Notes under the pieces: model-generated | Databases searched by the model: none | What the model saw: only the letters and a program-made list of their open reading frames with translations | Told to the model about the DNA's origin: nothing | In this document: positions 49,333-59,008 of the stretch, in pieces | Numbering within the stretch: position 1 is the stretch's first letter | Layout of the letters: the number at the start of each line of letters is the position of its first letter | Program-made: the position numbers and the translations under genes | Assembly (NCBI GenBank): GCA_963774935.1 | Contig: CAVZGO010000003.1 | Location: 581,426 to 645,425, forward strand | Direction of reading: 5' to 3' | DNA: 64,000 nt | Source of the DNA: an uncultured Chloroflexia bacterium | Lineage (GTDB): Bacteria > Chloroflexota > Anaerolineae > Anaerolineales > UBA4823

Positions 49333-50916
49333 CTAACCTCTCCCTCTATTTAACTTCCCCCGCACGGCGTGGATAAGGCTGTTGACCTCCTGGGTCTTCA
49401 GCATAAATAATGATATTCCATACACTCCAGCACCCAGCAAAATACCTCCAAACACAATAACCCAATATGGGTAATTTATGCTGACCACCAGCCAGCCCCA
49501 AAGGGTAAGACTCATCGCCAGGGTCCCAACAACAGATTTGCTAGCTCCTTCAAATACAAATCGCTCCTCGATTCCGTTTAGCCGGCGATGCATCAGCACC
49601 CATAATCCGATCATTTCAAGAAATGTGGCGAGTGAATTGGCTAAAGCCAGTCCGCCAAACGGCATCCAGCCTATATTTGAAAAAGCTTTCGTGAAAACCA
49701 GGCTGAATGCCACGTTCAAGCTCATCGCCGCGATGCTTAACATCACCGGTGTTCGCGTATTATGCATGGCGTAAAAGGCCCGCGATAAAATCTCTACCAC
49801 CCCATGACCTAACAAACCTATGGTGAACCACAGAAGAGCCCAGCTCACCAGCTCGGTAGAATACTCATCGAAAGCACCTCGTTGCAGCAACATGGCAATA
49901 ATCGGTTCCCGCAGCAGGATCATCCCGGCGGTAGCAGGCAGCGACAGCAGAATCACGCCGCGCAGTGTAGCCGCCAGGCTTGAGCGCATCTCGCCTAATT
50001 CATTTCGCGCTACCTGAGCAGAGAAGGTTGGCAGAGCCGCGATGGCGATCGACTGCGCAATGACGACCTGGGGCATGGTCATAATCGCCCAGGCATACTT
50101 AATAGAAGCCAGGCTGCCCGGGTTCATGCCTGTTGCCAAAATGGTGTTGACTACAAAATTAATTTGTACTGCCGCCACCCCCAACAGGCGAGGAGCCATC
50201 AGGCGCCCAACTTCACGCGTTGCTGGCATGTTCAAGCCCAGGATGCGAAAATATTTTCTGCCTGCCAGCCGGAGGAGCGATGGAATCTGAATCCCCAGGT
50301 GCATGATTGCTCCCAATACATATCCCCATGCGAGACCGTAAATTCCAAGCGTGGGAGCAAAGAAAATCACTCCAATGATCATCCCGGTCCATAACATGCT
50401 CGGCGCCAAAGCTGGCCAGAGGTAATTATTGTGCGCGTTCAAAATCCCCATGATCAAGCCGCTAACCCCAAAGATAGTTGGCGCGATCAGCAGAATCCGC
50501 AACAAGGAAGCAGTCAATGCCTGCATTTCTGGGGGATAACTAGGAGCGAGGATGTACATTACGATCTGATCAGCCAGAAAGATGGAAACCAGGCTGAGCA
50601 GGCTGAGCGACAACATGACCAGGTTGACAATCGAAGATGCGAGGTGCCAGGCGCCATTCCGGTCTTGCCGCGTCAATAGACTCGTGAACATGGGGATGAA
50701 TGCCGAAGCCAGTGCTCCCCCTGCAACCAGGCTGAAAATCAAATCGGGATAGGTGGCTGCTGCATTGAATGCATCCAGCTCAGCCCCGGTGCCAAACGTA
50801 TTCGAAACCAACATCTGCCGGACCAGACCGACGATGTTGCTTAAAATAAAAGCAGACATCACTATACCAGCAGCATGGGCGATTTGGCGAGTGGCAGTTC
50901 CTGATGTCTGGCGCAT
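49333..50916 (-). CDS. murJ: Lipid II flippase MurJ (MviN family)
   Basis: About 527 aa from MRQTSG (the ORF extends to TTG 50961). N-terminal ...SNIVGLVRQMLVSNTFG and 14-TM MOP-superfamily architecture. Confidence 0.85.
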   Translation of the reverse strand: MRQTSGTATRQIAHAAGIVMSAFILSNIVGLVRQMLVSNTFGTGAELDAFNAAATYPDLIFSLVAGGALASAFIPMFTSLLTRQDRNGAWHLASSIVNLVMLSLSLLSLVSIFLADQIVMYILAPSYPPEMQALTASLLRILLIAPTIFGVSGLIMGILNAHNNYLWPALAPSMLWTGMIIGVIFFAPTLGIYGLAWGYVLGAIMHLGIQIPSLLRLAGRKYFRILGLNMPATREVGRLMAPRLLGVAAVQINFVVNTILATGMNPGSLASIKYAWAIMTMPQVVIAQSIAIAALPTFSAQVARNELGEMRSSLAATLRGVILLSLPATAGMILLREPIIAMLLQRGAFDEYSTELVSWALLWFTIGLLGHGVVEILSRAFYAMHNTRTPVMLSIAAMSLNVAFSLVFTKAFSNIGWMPFGGLALANSLATFLEMIGLWVLMHRRLNGIEERFVFEGASKSVVGTLAMSLTLWGWLVVSINYPYWVIVFGGILLGAGVYGISLFMLKTQEVNSLIHAVRGKLNRGRG

Positions 50917-50986
50917 ATAAGAATATTTTGACTGTAGTAGAATGTAATGGTAACGAAACAATTATATCGGGTAAAATCTCAATCCT

Positions 50987-51348
50987 ATGGCTCGATTTAC
51001 TTCCCCACCAGATCGTTTGGCGTATAACCAGCGTGTATGGCAGATCGTTCGCCAGATCCCGGCTGGAAATGTTGCCACCTACGGGCAAATTGCTCTGTTA
51101 ATTCCCCTCCACCGGGTGTAGACCCAGATGAATATCTGGCATTTGGCGCACGTTGGGTGGGCGGCGCTATGGCTTCGTGCCCCGATGATGTCCCCTGGCA
51201 GCGAGTAATCAACTCCCAGGGCAAAATCAGCCTCCCCGGAGAGACAGCAATGCATCAACGCCAGCTGCTGGAGAGTGAAGGGATAATTTTCGACAGCCGG
51301 GACAGGATCAACCTGTCGATTTACCGCTGGTCAGGATATTCGGAATAG
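50987..51348 (+). pseudogene. Alkyltransferase-like (ATL) protein, MGMT DNA-binding domain without catalytic Cys, frameshifted
   Basis: ATG 50987 gives MARFTSPPDRLAYNQRVWQIVRQIPAGNVATYGQIALLIP..., stopping at 51119..51121. ORF 51037..51348 continues PPPGVDPDEYLAFGARWVGGAM...VPWQRVIN (PWQRV in place of PCHRV). An apparent 1-nt deletion lies in the CCCC run 51104..51107. Confidence 0.75.
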
Positions 51349-51561
51349 ATAAACTCAATGAGAATCGTTGAGCAGGTGCAATGCCTTCATCTCGACCCCC
51401 AGAAATCTGCTCCACGAATCGAACAGTGGAAGTACGATTGTGCGAGAGTGGTCTGATTGTTAAGAATCCCTGGGGTAAAGCCTCAACGCCTTCGATGATC
51501 AAAATCGGCATGAACAAAAATCCACACGACTGCGTAAATACAAAGGCTGTTCAACAAAAAT

Positions 51562-51614
51562 CTCCTTAGAATCGGCGAGAGCCGGGTACGCCGCTCCCGG
51601 CTCTCTCTAAGGAG
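51562..51614 (+). other. Compound 19-bp stem-loop in long non-coding gap
   Basis: Outer stem ctccttaga (51562..51570) / tctaaggag (51606..51614). Inner stem gagagccggg (51577..51586) / cccggctctc (51596..51605) with a 9-nt loop. The 3' arm contains the SD-like AAGGAGG. Confidence 0.5.
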
Positions 51615-51734
51615 GAGAAGAAGAGAAATCGCCCTTCAAGCATCATGATAACAGACCTATTTTAATTTCGCTTGACGATAAACCTACGATTACCCAACGA
51701 TTGCCCTACATTAATGGGACTCAAAAAGAAAACA

Positions 51735-52757
51735 ATGGAATATTCTATTCAAACCGAAAATTTGAGCCGAATTTATAAAATCCGCGGCGGTAAGAAAAAG
51801 GAAGCCAAGACCCTCCAGGCTCTCACCAACGTCGACTTGGAAATCCAGCCAGGTGAATTGTTCGGACTGCTGGGCCCAAATGGCGCCGGTAAAACCACAC
51901 TGATCAAAATTCTCACCACACTGCTCGCTCCAACTACCGGTTGGGCGCGTGTCGCCGGTTTCGATGTGTCTACTGAGGCGCCAAAGGTTCGGCAGCGGAT
52001 TAATATGGTCTCGGGTGGTGAATCCTCGGGCTACGGCTTGCTCACCGTGCGAGAGAATTTGTGGATGTTCTCCCAGTTCTATGGCATATCATCCGATGTA
52101 GCGAACCAGCGAATCAAGGAGCTGCTTCAAATTGTTGGGTTGCAGGACCGGGCCAACACCAAATCATCGGATCTGTCCACCGGATTACGTCAAAAAATGA
52201 ATATCGTGCGCGGCTTCCTCACAGATCCTGATGTGCTGTTCCTGGATGAGCCGACCTTAGGATTGGATGTGGGTGCTTCTCGTGAAGTGCGTAAGTTCGT
52301 TCGTCACTGGGTAGATCAAAATCAGTCACGCACCCTCCTGCTTACCACCCATTACATGGTAGAAGCAGACGAGTTATGCGACCGGGTAGCCATCATTAAC
52401 CAGGGCAAAGTCTTAGCCTGTGATACACCTACGAATCTTAAACGGCGTCTGCAGCAGGAAGCAATTTACCGACTGGAGGTCAACCATACCGATGATTCGA
52501 TCGACGGCAGACTTGGGAGTCTACCCGGTGTCCGGCAGGCGACACACTCGGTATATGACGGCTACGCTCTTCTTGAGATGATCCTGGAAAATGACAGCGT
52601 GCTGAGCTCGGTGGTCAACACTCTCACGACTCAAAACATGAAACTCTTGAATTTGCAGAAGCGCGAGCCAACCCTGGAGGATGTTTTCGTCGACCTGGTT
52701 GGTCGCAGTATGGAAGAGGTGGAACGCTCCACAGCTCCCGAGGAAGATGCACCATGA
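51735..52757 (+). CDS. ABC-2-type exporter ATP-binding protein (DrrA-like)
   Basis: About 340 aa from MEYSIQ (alternative starts at 51714 and 51672). GPNGAGKTT, LSTGLRQKMNI, VLFLDEPTLGLD, plus a C-terminal accessory domain. Confidence 0.85.
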   Translation: MEYSIQTENLSRIYKIRGGKKKEAKTLQALTNVDLEIQPGELFGLLGPNGAGKTTLIKILTTLLAPTTGWARVAGFDVSTEAPKVRQRINMVSGGESSGYGLLTVRENLWMFSQFYGISSDVANQRIKELLQIVGLQDRANTKSSDLSTGLRQKMNIVRGFLTDPDVLFLDEPTLGLDVGASREVRKFVRHWVDQNQSRTLLLTTHYMVEADELCDRVAIINQGKVLACDTPTNLKRRLQQEAIYRLEVNHTDDSIDGRLGSLPGVRQATHSVYDGYALLEMILENDSVLSSVVNTLTTQNMKLLNLQKREPTLEDVFVDLVGRSMEEVERSTAPEEDAP

Positions 52758-53596
52758 TCCTGGAACAGCATGTTCATAAAAATACCGGCTGGAAACTCTT
52801 TTTCCAAACGGTCATCGCTCGGGCATACCCGCGCGTTATCGGTCAGCAGCGAGAAAAATCCTGGATGTTTTTTGAAATATTTCTGCCAATGCTCACCGTT
52901 TCTGCGTATGTGTTTGTTTATCGCGCCATCGGAGCTGATCCTGAATATGTCGGTTTCGTCGTGATGGGCGGCGCGATGACTGCTTTCTGGATGAACGTGC
53001 TGTGGAGTATGTCCAGCCAGCTATATTGGGAAAAAGAGCAGGGCAACCTTGCATTATATATCATGGCTCCAAACTCAATGATGGCTATTCTATTGGGTAT
53101 GGCATTAGGCGGATTGTTTGCCACCACCTTACGCGCCTTGGTAATCCTCATCCTGGGTAGCTGGGTTTTCAAAGTGCAATATGCAGTTGGAGAATTTTGG
53201 CAACTCTTTGCGGTTTTCATCCTCACTATGATCGCGCTGTACGGCTTAGGTATGATGTCGGCGTCGATTTATCTCTTGCTTAGCCGCGAAGCCTGGCATA
53301 TCAGCAGTTTGATGCAGGAACCAGTTTTCCTTGTGTCGGGTTTCTACTTCCCAATCAAGAACTTAAATTTTTGGGTGGCGATGGGTGCATCAATCATTCC
53401 CCTCACCCTGGGGTTGGATGCCATGCGCCAGCTCAGCTTCCCCTCCGGAGCATCGATCGGGTTCTTGTCGGTGCCAGTTGAGGTTGCCATCCTGGCAGGT
53501 CTCAGTATTGCATTCATTACGGGTGCCTACTTTCTCCTGGCTTACGTAGAGCGCCTGGCGATTCGTGAAGGCCGGTTGACGGAAAGTCGCCGGTGA
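52754..53596 (+). CDS. ABC-2-type transporter permease
   Basis: 280 aa, 6 TM helices, 4-nt overlap with the ATPase gene. Confidence 0.75.
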   Translation: MILEQHVHKNTGWKLFFQTVIARAYPRVIGQQREKSWMFFEIFLPMLTVSAYVFVYRAIGADPEYVGFVVMGGAMTAFWMNVLWSMSSQLYWEKEQGNLALYIMAPNSMMAILLGMALGGLFATTLRALVILILGSWVFKVQYAVGEFWQLFAVFILTMIALYGLGMMSASIYLLLSREAWHISSLMQEPVFLVSGFYFPIKNLNFWVAMGASIIPLTLGLDAMRQLSFPSGASIGFLSVPVEVAILAGLSIAFITGAYFLLAYVERLAIREGRLTESRR

Positions 53597-54492
53597 TTGG
53601 AATAAAATCGATGAGCTCATTGACTACCAATTTCGCGGACAACGTTTCCACCCACTGGCGATCATTTCGTATGGCAGCCTGGCTGGGCTGGCAGATAGAA
53701 TCAAACTGGGCTGACCCATTCCTTTTCGCCATTTACTCATTGGTAAAGCCGCTGGCAGGGGCATTTATCCTGGTGGTGATGTATGGCGTTATCACCGACG
53801 GCGACTACAACTCCCCGATGTTCACCTATATTTTCGTCGGCAACGCTTTTTACATCTATGTTGGTCAAATAATGAATGGCATATCCTGGTCGGTTGTCGA
53901 CGACCGTGAGCATTACAAAACACTCAAGTACATTTATACTGCTCCCGTCCGCTATCCATCTTACCTGGTCGGCAGAGGCGTTGCCCAATTCATCATTGCC
54001 ACAATCTCCGTGACCATCACACTTGTAATCGGCGTGGCATTTCTGCATGTAGCAATTGATCCAATGCAAGTAGACTGGCTGTTGTTTTTGGTCACGATGC
54101 TGATCGGGATTGTCATGCTGGTCTCAATGGGGTTAATTCTTGCGGGCATGATGCTCCTCCTCGCTCATCATGTTTGGGATCTTGGCGCGGCGATTGCTGG
54201 AGGCATGTTCCTCTTCAGCGGGGCTGTGTTTCCTCTCGAAGTCCTGCCCCCATTCTTGCGCTGGATTGGATATCTGCTGCCAATCACATACTGGCTCGAG
54301 CTGATCCGCCGTGCCCTCATCGGTACCACCGCCGAAGTCTATCCCACACTGGCTAATCTCAGCAACCTGCAGCTATTCGGCATCCTGGTTGGATTAACCC
54401 TGGTCACGATGATCATCGCCTCGATTAGTTTTCGCTCATGTGAGCAAAAAGCTAAGGATCGAGGCATGATTGATATGGTGACAAATTATTAG
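53593..54492 (+). CDS. ABC-2-type transporter permease (second subunit)
   Basis: 299 aa, 6 TM helices, 4-nt overlap with the upstream permease. Confidence 0.75.
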   Translation: MIGIKSMSSLTTNFADNVSTHWRSFRMAAWLGWQIESNWADPFLFAIYSLVKPLAGAFILVVMYGVITDGDYNSPMFTYIFVGNAFYIYVGQIMNGISWSVVDDREHYKTLKYIYTAPVRYPSYLVGRGVAQFIIATISVTITLVIGVAFLHVAIDPMQVDWLLFLVTMLIGIVMLVSMGLILAGMMLLLAHHVWDLGAAIAGGMFLFSGAVFPLEVLPPFLRWIGYLLPITYWLELIRRALIGTTAEVYPTLANLSNLQLFGILVGLTLVTMIIASISFRSCEQKAKDRGMIDMVTNY

Positions 54493-54563
54493 TCAATGAG
54501 CATTTCCTGAATAGCTGGCAGCTAGTGCTGTTCTAAGTTGAAATAATTGGTAAAATTGCGCCT

Positions 54564-55133
54564 ATGTCTGTGAAAAACGGCGCGACCATTTTCTTTTCCC
54601 AACTGGTAACGGAGCAGCTTGGCCTGATTTGGATTGCAGCATCTGCAAATGGATTGGTTGAAATCGGATTTGACGATACTGCCGATGCATTTTGCCAGCG
54701 GATCACGCACCGGTTAAACCTTGATCATTCGCCAACTCCTGTTGAACAGCATTCTTCTCAACCTATTCATCCTGCGATTAAGGTTCTTGAAGAAACGAAA
54801 CGCCAGCTTCTAGCTTATCTGGATGGTGATCTGGCAGATTTTAATTTACCTTTGGATTTGACCGGAATGCCTGCATTCCAAGAGCAGGTCCTGCGTGCCA
54901 CAAGCGACGTACCTGCAGATCAAACAAAGACATATCAGCAACTGGCAATTGAAATCGGTAATCCGTCTGCCGCGCGAGCAGTCGGGCGGGCAGAGGCGAC
55001 AAATCCGATTCCGCTGGTCATTCCATGCCATCGAATCGTTGGCAGCGATGGCAGTCTGAGGGGTTACGGCGGTCGTGGTGGAATTAATACAAAAGCCTGG
55101 CTGTTAAAATTAGAAAAAGGAAATCATGAATAA
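54564..55133 (+). CDS. ogt: Methylated-DNA--protein-cysteine methyltransferase
   Basis: 189 aa. Active site IPCHRIV, TYQQLA helix-turn-helix, NPIPLVIP. Confidence 0.9.
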   Translation: MSVKNGATIFFSQLVTEQLGLIWIAASANGLVEIGFDDTADAFCQRITHRLNLDHSPTPVEQHSSQPIHPAIKVLEETKRQLLAYLDGDLADFNLPLDLTGMPAFQEQVLRATSDVPADQTKTYQQLAIEIGNPSAARAVGRAEATNPIPLVIPCHRIVGSDGSLRGYGGRGGINTKAWLLKLEKGNHE

Positions 55134-55779
55134 TTCACTTCTTGATCATGTCACAACCCAACAACAAACAATATTAAAAAGCCTGAAAACTCCTGTCGCA
55201 ATCCAGGCATATTTAGACCAGGTGCCGTACAGCACCGAAGACACCAATCGCTCGCCTGTACAGGTGATGCAGGATCAGGTCGCTCACTGCCTGGACGGTG
55301 CTCTTTTCGCGGCTGCTGCACTGCGAGAAATCGGCTTTCCGCCTTTGTTAATCGACATGTTCCCCGAGCCAGGTCGTGATGACGATCATGTGCTGGCGCT
55401 TTTCAAGATGAATGGCCATTTCGGCGCCCTGGCTAAATCTAACTTCCCCGGTCTGCGCATGCGTGAGCCCATCTACCGAAGCATCCGTGAGCTGGTGCTC
55501 AGCTACTTTGAGGATTTCTTCAACCAGGATGGCGAAAAAACACTACGCACCTACACACGAATGCTTCACCTGGAACAATTCGACGCGTTGGGATGGACAT
55601 GGAACAGCACCGGCGTCAATACGATCGAACGCAGATTGCTATCAATGAAACGGACACCGTTGATCACAAGCGCTATGGCAGCCCAGCTATCTCCCGTAGA
55701 CGCCCTAACCTATCAATCCGGTATGGTGGGGGTCAACCCCTCTGGGCTTTACAAACCAGGCAAATCTACACACCACTAA
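55126..55779 (+). CDS. Hypothetical protein with papain/transglutaminase-like Cys...His pattern
   Basis: 217 aa with an 8-nt overlap onto the ogt stop. AHCLDGALFAAAALREIGF followed by DDDHVLALF resembles the Cys-His core of transglutaminase/NAT-like folds. This is a weak, motif-only call. Confidence 0.45.
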   Translation: MNNSLLDHVTTQQQTILKSLKTPVAIQAYLDQVPYSTEDTNRSPVQVMQDQVAHCLDGALFAAAALREIGFPPLLIDMFPEPGRDDDHVLALFKMNGHFGALAKSNFPGLRMREPIYRSIRELVLSYFEDFFNQDGEKTLRTYTRMLHLEQFDALGWTWNSTGVNTIERRLLSMKRTPLITSAMAAQLSPVDALTYQSGMVGVNPSGLYKPGKSTHH

Positions 55780-55881
55780 AATAATTACCATACTGCTGGT
55801 TTATCGATTGGCCATAACATTTGGGTCAATCGACTGTTCAAACTAACAGCATCCTCTCAGTTTCCCTTAAAGCATAACAGG

Positions 55882-55887
55882 TATAAT
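55882..55887 (+). promoter_or_regulatory. Consensus -10 hexamer upstream of kinase gene
   Basis: TATAAT lies 16 nt before ATG 55904. There is no good -35 and no SD in the short leader. Confidence 0.3.
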
Positions 55888-55903
55888 CACACGCTGGAAA
55901 AAT

Positions 55904-58900
55904 ATGGTTAAAAGTAATTCACTGGCTGGTAAGGAACGAAGCTGGATACTGCTCGATAAGCTTGGAGAAGGAGATGCAGGCGAGGTCTACCTTGTTGAGT
56001 CAATGCTTGACCAACAGCGAGCCATCCTGAAGCGTCCCCGTTCAAGCGCCTTTTCCAGCGATGTCATTCGCCAGGCTTCTCAAATCGGAACCGAAGCACA
56101 GGTCCTGCTAAAACTTACCGGGATGGTGCGTCCGAAAGTCGAAAAAGGCGTAAAAATCGACCTGCATACTCCGCGTTTGCTCGATCATAGCCCGGCAGGC
56201 AGTGAGTTCAGCGACCGCTTCTTCATTGTTATGGAACAAGCCAGCGGATTCGATCTCACTCTGCTCGAACGAGTATCCCGGTTTGGCATGCCTGAGGAAT
56301 TGAACCTGCCAAGGAGTGAGCTGGCAATGTTGAGCGGGATTGCCCAAAAAGGTGAATTTCCCCGCCTGGTTCTGTTACGTGTATTAGCCGCTGTATTACA
56401 GCTATTTGAGCAGATCCACCCCACAGCACCTACGACTGAAGGAACCGGTCAATCCGGTGTGCTTTGGAATGATGTAAAACCGGATCATATATTTTGGGAT
56501 CCAAACATCGACCGAATTACGATCATCGATTGGGGAAACGCCCAGTTTCTCGAACCGGATGGCAGTACCAAAGACCGCCGACTCTCACGGACAGAGGATT
56601 ACAACCAATTTATCGAAACATTCGGTACGTTGTTAGCAAACAATGCACCTGAACTGAGCACACTTATTAAATGGCCTGTATCGGGTAAAACCTATCTTTC
56701 CAAAAGTGATTTGATCAAATCGCTGCGCGTGGCGATCTTGAAGCAGCTTACCCAAGACTTTCAGGCATTACAAAAAACCCGGCAAACGGAGCAGGCATTA
56801 AGCCATCTGAAGCAACCTGCCCTGGAAGATCTTAAAAAGCTCTTAGAGATACAAAAAGAAATCGCAAATTTCGGTGAAGTGCCTAATTACACCGGATCAG
56901 AGCTTTTTTGCAACCAGCTCGCCTCCCGCCTGGCTGCAAGTGGTAATCTGGATGAATTAATCCAGCTTTGCCAGATTTCATGCCCACTTCAATCAGGTAG
57001 TTCAACAAAGTGGAAAATAATCAACCAGATTGCTGAAATTGCAAAAGAAACCGGCAACCAATCACCTGGCTCCTCCGCCAGCCCACCGTTCATAAACGCG
57101 CTTTCTGCAGTCATCGTGGATGACTGGCCTACGGTGATGTGGGAGCTCCTGGATGCCACTCGCAACGATCCGGAGCCAGATTGGTGGTATGAGCTGACGA
57201 ATGCGATTCGCCTGGCTGGTCTCAATCCAACCGCTGAACAACTCCCCCCGCTGGTTGCTCTGCGCCGGACGGTTCTTTCGATGCAGGCAACTGCACAGAA
57301 GTTGAGAGACAAAAAAGCATCTGTTCAGGAGGCTGATTCAGCATGGCAAACCGAATTGACCGACGAAGAGCTGGCATCCTCTGAGGCTCTGGTGAGCCAG
57401 CTAAAAATGGTTACGACTCGCTGGGATGAAGTTGACCCTGATCCACCATACTCGGATCTGCGATACCGTGATTTGTTAGAATTGATGGAAGCCATTCGCA
57501 ATCAGCTCCCAGGTGCGTTTCAATCATTATCGAAATCGCTAGAACAACCGGATACTCAGGCAAGAACAATCCTGGATGCCTGGTCTGAGCGCGACTTTTT
57601 ACGCGCCCGGCAAGGATTAAGGTGGCTGCTATTATGGGATCCAGACCGACGGCGGGTTCTGCTCGCAGACCGTGCAATCTACACGACACCTGCGTGGTTG
57701 TCTGCACTTCAAAAAGGGCCCCAAAATGGTCAGACAATCCAGGAATTTGCCACCGCCCAGGAATTCACCGGTAGGGAGCTGCGTCAGCAGGTCGGTCCTG
57801 CGGAATGGTTGGATGCCATCTTGACCGGTTTATCTCAACTTCGGAAAAACCGGCGTGTGGGTGAGCTTCTATCAGAAGTGCCCGACATCGGGAAAGAGAT
57901 GCCATGGCTGGAAGCCATGGAGCCGCGAAAATACACGCCGCCTTCTCAAGCTCCTAAGCGGATACCCATGGAACGTTTATCCGGCGATCAACCAGCCCAA
58001 CCTTTCATTACCGGTGTGCAATCGGCAATGTTTGGAGCTGGTCAAGACGTGCTTTTAGCTGATCCGCTGGACATTTGGGCACCTGAAGCACGTGGATCAT
58101 CTGCCCGCACATTTAACGGTTTCCTGCGCGTTCCAGGTGGGCAGGTTAAACAAATGGCTGTCAAACTCATGCGCCCCGACCGTCTGGATTACGCGCTTCC
58201 CCTATTTCGAGAAGAAGCACTGGTTTTAACATTGATGCGGGATGTCCCTGGCATTACACCCCTGCTTGAGTGTGGATTTCTCCAATTAGACAAGAACTCG
58301 CAAATCCCCCCTGATAACCGTCCTCTGGGCGGGCGCGAACTGACTGGCTCGATCGAGCGATATAGCCCAGACGAGGTTCAAAGTTTCCTCTCAGTCCTTG
58401 AAAATCGCTCACATCAGGACTGGATTCCCTATCTGATAACCCCCAAGCGGGATCACCAGGAAAATCTGATGTGGCTTTGTGATTCCGGTTACACGCGCGG
58501 CCGCTTCTTACCGGTCGAAGAAGCTATCCGCATGGCTATACAAATCTGTGACATTCTGGAAATCGCCCACTTGCGAAACATCGTTTATCGCGACCACAAG
58601 CTGCTCCACTATTATTGGAGCGAGTTGTATAATGGCATTTTCATGATCGATTGGAATGTTGCGCGTTACCATCCCCAGGGACTCTCCCAGGCAGAAATCC
58701 AATTCGATCTGGTTCAGCTTGGTGCGCGGGCTATCCACCATATTTTTACCGGTCGAGTTGCTCCAGGAGCTCTTGCGGACGGACCGAACCGGGTAGAAGA
58801 AATCGAGAAAGCCGATCAAAGCTACAAAGTGATGTGGACCTACGATGACCAGAGACTTCCACCTGAGCTGAAAGAAATATTGGAACAGCTGCTGACCAGT

Positions 58901-59008
58901 GGATACTCTCGAGCCAGCCAGCTTCGTCAGGATTTGGAACAGGTATACACCAACCTGTTCGATGAAGAAGAATTGGTAACAACAAAGGAAGACAATGAGC
59001 CGAGTTGA
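55904..59008 (+). CDS. Large cytoplasmic protein with two atypical protein-kinase-like domains
   Basis: 1034 aa. Domain 1: LGEGDAGEVYLV, AILKRP, WNDVKPDHIFW, IIDWGNAQF. Domain 2: MAVKLMRPD, VYRDHKLLHYYW, MIDWNVARY. Both show D-x-K-x-x-H and 19-residue spacing to the (I)DW motif. A helical region of about 480 aa lies between them. Confidence 0.7.
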   Translation: MVKSNSLAGKERSWILLDKLGEGDAGEVYLVESMLDQQRAILKRPRSSAFSSDVIRQASQIGTEAQVLLKLTGMVRPKVEKGVKIDLHTPRLLDHSPAGSEFSDRFFIVMEQASGFDLTLLERVSRFGMPEELNLPRSELAMLSGIAQKGEFPRLVLLRVLAAVLQLFEQIHPTAPTTEGTGQSGVLWNDVKPDHIFWDPNIDRITIIDWGNAQFLEPDGSTKDRRLSRTEDYNQFIETFGTLLANNAPELSTLIKWPVSGKTYLSKSDLIKSLRVAILKQLTQDFQALQKTRQTEQALSHLKQPALEDLKKLLEIQKEIANFGEVPNYTGSELFCNQLASRLAASGNLDELIQLCQISCPLQSGSSTKWKIINQIAEIAKETGNQSPGSSASPPFINALSAVIVDDWPTVMWELLDATRNDPEPDWWYELTNAIRLAGLNPTAEQLPPLVALRRTVLSMQATAQKLRDKKASVQEADSAWQTELTDEELASSEALVSQLKMVTTRWDEVDPDPPYSDLRYRDLLELMEAIRNQLPGAFQSLSKSLEQPDTQARTILDAWSERDFLRARQGLRWLLLWDPDRRRVLLADRAIYTTPAWLSALQKGPQNGQTIQEFATAQEFTGRELRQQVGPAEWLDAILTGLSQLRKNRRVGELLSEVPDIGKEMPWLEAMEPRKYTPPSQAPKRIPMERLSGDQPAQPFITGVQSAMFGAGQDVLLADPLDIWAPEARGSSARTFNGFLRVPGGQVKQMAVKLMRPDRLDYALPLFREEALVLTLMRDVPGITPLLECGFLQLDKNSQIPPDNRPLGGRELTGSIERYSPDEVQSFLSVLENRSHQDWIPYLITPKRDHQENLMWLCDSGYTRGRFLPVEEAIRMAIQICDILEIAHLRNIVYRDHKLLHYYWSELYNGIFMIDWNVARYHPQGLSQAEIQFDLVQLGARAIHHIFTGRVAPGALADGPNRVEEIEKADQSYKVMWTYDDQRLPPELKEILEQLLTSGYSRASQLRQDLEQVYTNLFDEEELVTTKEDNEPS

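Noticed and set aside
51381-51569. 62-aa plus-strand ORF, and the 69-aa minus-strand ORF at 51308-51517, in the long intergenic gap
   Set aside because: There is no RBS, odd composition, no family resemblance, and the two mutually overlap. They are retained only as a caveat in the finding on this gap.
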